From: Orbicella franksi
Lineage: Eukaryota
Direction of reading: 5' to 3'
NCBI GenBank assembly: GCA_964199315.1
Contig: OZ116707.1
Coordinates: forward strand, 16,616,001 to 16,680,000
DNA length: 64,000 bases
The translations under genes were made by a program, and so were the position numbers. Shown one piece after another: positions 56,285-64,000 of the stretch. The notes under the pieces are model-generated. The model saw nothing but the letters and a program-made list of their open reading frames with translations, did not search any database and was not told the DNA's origin. The first letter of the stretch is position 1. Every line of letters starts with the position of its first letter.

Positions 56285-59200
56285 CTCTAACACTGAGTCA
56301 TCGAATTTAAACCTGATCAGATCTTCATGACAGCCGACTAAAGTTTTCGCACGCTTGTTAGGCAGATGAAGTCAACGCTCGCTCACTCTCAGCTCGTCTG
56401 ACCGCGCGCTGTTGATAGTCGATGAGAGTAAAAAAGGAAACTCTTGTGCAGCTCTCGTCTCGTGGAATCTTGTTCTTTGGAAGAGGGATCTTTCTCTTCG
56501 ATATCTACGTGTAAGTAAATGCATTGTGTGAAAAATTGACACCGGCGAACGCTTAAGCCGTGCCAGCAGCCTGTCGCTCTCTCTGTTCCCGGATGCGCAC
56601 GTAAGTCGCTTCATTCAGTGTATCGCGGGCGCGCCCAGTTTTGGGATGTGATGGCCCAAGCACCTGGATTGAAAATAAAGGAAAATGTCAGCTTTACAGT
56701 TGGTATTATATCAGTAAAATCAGGAGGGAGAGGTGAACACGTCAGATTTGACTGACCCTATGATCATGGCCATCATGACGTCACGGCGAAAGAAGCGCGC
56801 AAATGCTCAAAATTCTCGAAAATGGTGTCGTCGCCTCTCGCTGATACAACTTTTTGAGGCAGAATTCTCCAATCATTCCAGCTTCAAATGGTATTGTATT
56901 TGGATCTCAAGGAGTGATTATCATTTTTCTTTCTTTAGAGGTAAGTAGATTTTAATTATAACCGAAAAATCTTGCAGAAAGTGTATTTAAAGTGTTACAG
57001 TCATCGCTCACCGTTGGAAATATGTGGGGCAAAATTTTGACTATTCGCCCTGTAAAATTGCCCTTTTTACGTGATCGGTAACGTAAAGAAACGTGTAACT
57101 TGGTCACAGAATAGCTTATATGTATAGGAAAACATTGTATCTGAAGATGATTTTGAGGAATTAGCAGTAAAAATGATCAGTCCATTTGAGTATGAAATAT
57201 CTGCGATCTCGTGCTTGGAGTGTTCTTTCACAAAACTGAAACCTTTTCACATATTCTGGAATGGGCCTAGCAAACAAAAATATTATCCACAATGAAGGAA
57301 ATGAGAACTTTTACAAACAAGAACTTAAGCGTAATTATTTAAATAAGACAAAGCCTGCCTACTGCACAACGGTGGTTAAAATGCAGACAGAGGATAACAT
57401 GCAGACTGCAGACTTTTTAAGAATATTGTATTCCCATTTCCTTTATATAGAGCTTGTGCTCCGTTTAGCCTGAAATATACGGCACAGGTTAGCCGGTGTA
57501 TGGTTAGCTCGATCTCTTTATAAATGAAAATAGGAATGTGATATTCCTAAAAAGCCTGCAGTCTACATTTTACCCATGGTTTGCAGTCTAGTGTTGTAAG
57601 ACTTTTCTCTTCTTCATAGGCCACTTTCGTGCTGCTTTGACCACAGGCTGGTAGTTTGGAGTATATTCAATTTCCCATAGGGAAAGAGGAGAGAGTACAA
57701 GGCCCCATTTATATGGTCTCGGGTACTGAAGGCAACCCTATCAGACCCTTCTGAGGCAACTTTATCGAGTGTTATAATATATGGCATGAAGTGGTCCTTC
57801 CAGGATTACTTAAGCCTTTTTTTATACTCCAATGCTCAGTTATCCTTCTTCCTTTGGCTTCCTTTCAGTCATTTGATCACTGTGGGGTTTTGTGAGTTAA
57901 TTTTTATTTCTTCATACCACGAGTTGCCCCAGGTAGGCCAGTCATAGTATTTTGGCGAAAAAAAGTTATCATGTCTACCAGGATTACCTTGGTTATGTTG
58001 CTAAGGGTGGCTTGTGTTTCACTTTCTCAACAAAACAGTGAAAGTTAGCTCGTTTAGGGTCACTGGGGCGAGGGCTTTCTTGGTTACCTAAGATCAAATA
58101 AGGGGCCTCACTGTCGGCTGCAATTATGTATGCTTATATAGCAAAACTTGAGTACCAAACTCGGTCACCTTGTGTTCCTGTTGCTGAATCTTATTATGTT
58201 TACAAAATTGGCACTGTTGATCAACAATTTAGGTATTTGAAGTCTGATTTATTTTAATTCCTAAACAATATTGTAACTTTTCTTTAAGTAAGGATCCAAA
58301 AATGCTTTATGCAGAGTGATTGTTGTAGTTTGTTTGACATGCTTCAGAAAATTTTATTTTTCTTTTTTGTGCAGGTGAGGGTGCTGAAAAAAATTCTTTA
58401 TGTGAAAATCTGAAGACCTCAGTTCAATACATGGATACTGGAAATGAGCTATTTAATGTTTTATAAATTATGATATTAGCTCCATGTACATGACCGCATT
58501 GTATCTGCTTGGACGGGACTTAAAAGGTGGATGGGGGTTGGATCATTTAATTGTGAGAATTGCATTTTTTTAATGGAAAATACACACTCGAGTTCTTGGT
58601 GCTGGATCTCATTAGGAAATTTGTCTTTTAGTTTAGATTTTCTGTTGAAAAGAGTTAGGGGCGATATGAAAACCAAAGAGGGAAGGGAGGTCATATAAAC
58701 ATTTACTGCAATTTTTGACTGGTGAATATTATGAGGAGTCTTATTATTTTGACCTTTTTAAACCTTAAGTTACCGTACCATCCTCCACTACCTTTGAAAG
58801 ACCATTCAAGCAGGTCCCATTTCTGGCAGTACATGCAACCACCATGGAAAGCTATCTATTTATTGTCAATGTACTGTCAATTAAACATTTAAAACCCAAT
58901 CCTTTGTTTTATTTGCTGGAAATGTACACATATCATTCTCTTGAAGCCAAAAATAAACTCATCAATGCAAAAAGCAACAGGGAACCTGGGATGGAAGGAG
59001 CTGGGGAGAAATCAGGCTTGACGTTCATGTTTACAAGTACAACCTCTCTGTGACACTCTTCTCGAGAATATTTCTTTGTAGTTCAGTTTAAGCTTAGTGC
59101 AAAATAATTGTTAGAGCTGTCTTTGTTCACATAAGATTTATGATGAAAATTAAAAGCAGAAAGTATAAAGAAAAGAATTGATTATCATTTCAAACTTAGA

Positions 59201-60639
59201 GGTAGTAAAGCTATTACAGTTTGTCAAGACATATACTATTAGAAAACAAGGGGTTTGGTTATAATAAGAGATCACCTGATATTGATCTTTCTAGCTTTGT
59301 CATAACCTTCTAGTGAACTCTTTGTTTTGGCAAAAAGTCGTTTTGGCTTAACAAGTTTCTCCTTGTTATGTTAACTCTTATTGCTAGTGACTTAGCATAG
59401 GAAGTATCCCTGTTCATATATCCTTTCCACTTTAATTCACTTGCTGCTTGGAACCAGATTCTGTATTTTTTAGGTCTTTCTATATGACATCCTACGCAGT
59501 TGTCTTTTACAGTCTATACTGAGAAATTAAAAATAAATAGAACCCAAAGCACCAGTTTAGGATACCTCTCTTGTCAGAAGTTCAGAAGAAGAAACAGCTT
59601 TGCACTGCATGCGGACGCCCGAGGAAACAGATCATTCTCTGATCTCATATTTGACGAACATTTTGACATGAAATGAAGCACCTTTCTGGCAAGAGGTCTG
59701 GTCCGTGTTATTCTGCATATCATCCGTTTCATCTAGGTCTCCTGTAGAATGATTTTATATCATTTTACCATCTAAAATATCCACACGTCTGCTCGGAGCT
59801 GGTTGGCCTCGCAGAAGAAAATGTTATCTTTGACGGTTTTGTGGATAATTTAGCGCAGAAAAATAATTCCTTGGTACATTATTTACTTTCCAACCCTGCA
59901 TATGACTTGATAGTTCAAATGCCTTTGCAAGGGAGCATATTCTCATATTTCGAGGGTTTCGAGTATCGATCAGCGGGTCCTCCACGCTATCGTCTACAAA
60001 ATAATGGGTTTAAACCCACTGATCATTTTTATGCACATGTTAAATGATTCGTTTTCATCACTATTCGAACGTTTTAAACCATATCAAGATCATGTTTTTG
60101 TGTTCGTGTTGTTCATTGTTGGGTTCTCCAGATATCGCCCAAGAAACGGGTGCAAAGCTCCACTTTTCGATCCCGTTTTTAATTGAGCGATCTCGAAATT
60201 TTGCATGTTTTTGTGCCTTCTGACTTCTAGTTTTTGAACACCAAAGTATTTTTGGACACAATATTAACAGGTTATCTTATTCCTGTGGTCTGTTTATCGC
60301 TTTCTTTCAAATTCTTTGAGTAATCATCGGATGAAACACTTGTCTGGTGTCATTCTTTAGCGGCCATTGAAACTTCACGGGCCGGCTCACGAGTGACGTC
60401 ATAATGGCCAAGATCATCGAGCGCGCAATCGCATGGCAACGCAAGCGAAGTTGACCTCTCCCTCCTGAGTAAAATATAAACTAGAAGACTCTTAGCAAGC
60501 TCTCTTGGCGTGTGACGCAAGTCACGCAATCTTTCAGGTGACAAGTAGGCATGACAGGTTAAGAGAATGTCTCCTTAGGAGGCTAAATGGTAACTGACAA
60601 GTGGCCATGGTTACTGATCGATTATGCTATTCTCCTGAC

Positions 60640-63600
60640 CTACAAGCGAGGCTCTGTATTGATCACGTCTTGAGAACCTAGAACCTGAATGAGCTTTGAT
60701 CAAGCTGAGCTCTCTCTCTAACAAGATTGAGGCACAACTTATCCCTGCTCCAATCCTACCTATCGCGGCAAAGATGACTCAACAATACCTGGTATCCGTC
60801 CTATGAAGCAACTAGGAGTAATGGCACCCATACACAAAGATTTGAGTCACCTCTATCCCTAATTGTTTCAGAGTATGTAACACTTAATACTTGACAGGTC
60901 TACTAACCTCCTGACACGTCTCGTGCCACTTGACAAAGTAATCATAGGCCTTCTGGAAATCTCTGTTGTCTTCATAAAGGATTCCAATGTTCAAGTAAAG
61001 CCGCAGCGTCAACATGTGTTTCTCGCCGTACGTCTTCAGACACAGCTCGAAGGATCTGTTGAGCATCTGCACAAACACAAAACACGAGTCAGCTTGCTGC
61101 TGAATAAAACGCTCCTCTGTGATTACAGGAAGTAAAATTATTCAGTCTACTGTTAGTCATTAAGAAATTCTTACTGACTAATAGTAGACTTACTAAGAAT
61201 GACCGTTTGGAAGATTAACCGCGATTTGAGTAACCCCCTATTGAGACCCTCGGATTTGGCTCAATAATTACAGCCACGAAACCTGTCTTTGATCTACTTT
61301 GAACATTAGAAGTTTTCAAAACTGTATATATAAGATGAGAAAATAAACAAGGCATAAAAAGTAACGTAAGTACCTCTTCTTTTTCCTTGAAATATTTCCT
61401 CGCACGCGGATTAATAAATGACTTGGTCATGATAGCTTCAGCCATGTGTCCCATGTCTCCATGCTATGATAAGACAAACAGGAAATACCGGTTGCCAAAC
61501 ATGAAAATTACAACACTTGTCAGATTATTACTTCAACTACAAAATTAAAACTACGAACGTCCTTACAACCTTTGTCAGTGGAACTGGCTATTCGTAAAAG
61601 ACCTTGCTGTAATTCCCGTTTACAACGAACAGGTTTTCTCCCTCCCAGTCAAAATACTCACTTAAAACTCACACGGGCGTAAACAGCAATAATTCCACCC
61701 ATTCAAACAAAAGTGCATGAATTTCTTGATCCGAAAAACAACGACGCTGTTATCTCGGGAAAATCTATTACCTTACCCTCATAAAGATGTCAATAGCCTC
61801 ATCGATATATTTAAAACAGTCTTTTCTTGTTTGTTCGGCGTTATCACGTTCTAAATCGGCCACGATGCTCAAGTGATGTGCAATCAGTATATCAATCATT
61901 GCTGTTTTATGCTGTGGAAATAAAAGTCGGGCAATTTTAAAGAAGCACTTTATCACTCCGTAATGTGAATTACAAGCAGGTTGATTAAATCAATACAAAG
62001 GGAAAACTGATTTACTTATGAAATAATTCAGCACAAACAGATATTGCTCGAAGGAGGGGCAAAGGAAGGGAGGAGGGAAAGAATGACGGAGGGGAAGAGG
62101 GAGAAGAAAAGAACGAAGTTAGGACAGGGCGACTGTAGGCTACAAGGTTACTTGTCTGAGCTACCAAGAGGTTCACTGACTTACTTACTGACCGACTGAC
62201 GGACGAACAGACAGACTGTCTGACTGGCTGACTGGTTGAGTGTCTGAGTGTCTGACTGTCTGACTGGATGATTGGCTGACTGGCTGACTGGCTGACTGTC
62301 TGACTGTCTGACTGTCTGACTGTCTGACTGATTGTTGTTGATTACTTCTTAATTGACTGATTAATGACGGACTGATTGATTGATTGTTTGATTGATTATT
62401 GACTGGTTGATGGGTAAAAGGCTGGCTGAGACTGTACCTCATGTTCCTCGCCGCTCAGCTGTTTTCGGAAACTCAGTGACTTTTTACAGAATTCAACAAT
62501 TTCTCGGTCCTGCTCCAATTGATCCATCGTCACGAAGTTGAAGTTCTTCACAACCTAAAAACAATACCACATTATTCAGTTGAGGAGAACCATGGACTCC
62601 TCCACATACACTCTTTCTGGCTTATCACGCAAGCCCCTCCTCCCAAACGAACATATGTCACGCAATCTATAACAAATATACGTCATGCAATGTTAACCCC
62701 TCGATGACTATACGTTACGCAGTCTACTTCAAGACAAATACCACTCGTTCTTTACTTCCCAACGAAAGAGCGATCGTTACTCATTCTTTACTTCAACGAA
62801 CACACGACACGAATTTTTCCTTTACAGAACGTACGTGACGCCATCTTCTTTCCTCCTGAACTTACGTCACGGTTACTCATTGAAAGTGTTATACATTACC
62901 TCACTCTTGGTCTTGGACATTAGTTGATAGATGTCTGCTAGTTTGTCTGTTCGAGCACCCAGACTTTCCTCTTCTAACTTCAACAAATCATTCAACAGTA
63001 CGTGTGCATCTTCATACTGTCCTGCTTGGATCCTAGATTACAAAGAATCGTCACTTAATTTTGAGATTGATCTCTCTTAATCCCTGTTTTAAATAACGTT
63101 AAAAAAGATATTAAAGAAGAATCACCAATTTTAACACATGGTTAGTCACCACTCAGAGATCAAACAACTGCACATAATAGGCAATGAGACATTATAAGCA
63201 ATGTTAAGGTCGGGTTTTTAATCCAACTTCACTCACAGACTTAAAAGTTAGAACCACCTTGCACAGCATTATAAACAGTACCAGATGAATGTATTGCACA
63301 GTAGCTTTCATTTGAATGGTCATACTAGGGCTTCATCCACTAAAAAGTGACCATTACCTTGCACATCAAAATCAACAGTAACACATGAGACGTCCACATG
63401 AAAGAACTGCTAAATAGCTTTCATTTCAATGGTCACACTACCATGGCGATAACATCACAATGTACTTACAGGAACATGACAACCATCTCAGTTTTCTTGG
63501 CGACGTCTTCAAGAGTTGCGTCTGACTCACGTAACACTTGTAATGATTCCTTATATAGAGCGGACGCAGTAGCGTATCCACCAGCCTGTCAAATAACATA

Positions 63601-63805
63601 CATTACAAAACATGTACCAAGCGTGGGAGAAAGGAGAAATCTGAGACCCCGATGAGATTAAAACCCATGAACACCCACATGGTATACTAGTACTCAGGCG
63701 CTTTAACCATGCTACATGTTTCTTTACAATTGGTACAAAACGATTCAGCTCAAATTCCACCTGGGAGAGAGTTGAGTAAGCCTGCGGATTCAACAGCGGT
63801 GCTGC
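60640..63805 (-). CDS. Tetratricopeptide-repeat protein, C-terminal exons (5' part outside the window)
   Basis: In-phase exons: 63805-63761, 63585-63470, 63032-62900, 62554-62438, 61911-61777, 61463-61374, 61066-60908, and a tentative terminal exon 60684-60640. TPR-like helices include GGYATASALYKESLQVL, AGQYEDAHVLLNDLLKLEEESLG and YGEKHMLTLRLYLNIGILYEDNRDFQKAYDYF. The first and last exons listed are uncertain. Confidence 0.75.
62185..62430. repeat. Degenerate (GACT/GTCT/GATT)n tetranucleotide microsatellite
   Basis: CTGACTGGCTGACTGGCTGACTGTCTGACTGTCTGACTGTCTGACTG...GATTGATTGATT. Confidence 0.9.
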
Positions 63806-64000
63806 CTAGCAACGAAGTGTATGGTAACAACATATTGCTCTAGCTCAGACTGACTGGACAATAAAAGAGCGGAAACTTACAGCACTAAGACAGCAGTTGT
63901 TTGCTGTTTAGAAAAGAAAACATCCCAGTGCAAATAGCAAAATAGTTGTCGCGTCAAAAACAACAAAAACTTGAATTCAGTTATGGGTTCTATTATTGCT

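Noticed and set aside
58374-58381. AG|GT juxtaposition as a recursive splice site
   Set aside because: No host gene or long intron is established here, and such sites arise by chance.
62185-62442. 85-aa Ser/Gln-rich ORF
   Set aside because: It is a translation of a tetranucleotide microsatellite.

Overview
AT-rich, intron-dense eukaryotic DNA. The repeat families and gene structures point to a scleractinian coral or related anthozoan (inference). I assembled seven protein-coding genes by hand from GT-AG junctions with consistent phases: ETNPPL/PHYKPL-like (-, runs off the left edge), PARG (-, 24 exons, 699 aa), METTL14 (+, 12 exons, 464 aa), alpha/epsilon-sarcoglycan-like (-, 10 coding exons, 405 aa), RPL12 (+, 165 aa), SNF/U1A/U2B'' (-, 234 aa) and a partial TPR protein (-). 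Introns and spacers hold many MITEs, SINEs, two transposase fossils and a 2.2-kb TIR element containing a 122-bp tandem array. The strongest find is in the 3' UTR of the SNF/U1A gene: six separate hairpins, each with a C-G-closed loop starting AUUGCAC. These mimic U1 snRNA stem-loop II, the ligand of the encoded protein, and lie just upstream of the poly(A) signals. This is a candidate multivalent autoregulatory element with a different architecture from the two-site vertebrate PIE. Other highlights are an intact minimal type-I hammerhead ribozyme (30036-30091, -), an inverted tRNA-like repeat array with a 13-bp target-site duplication, a DPPL motif in METTL14 and a PPPY motif in the sarcoglycan tail. 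All calls come from reading the sequence; no database search or folding program was run.
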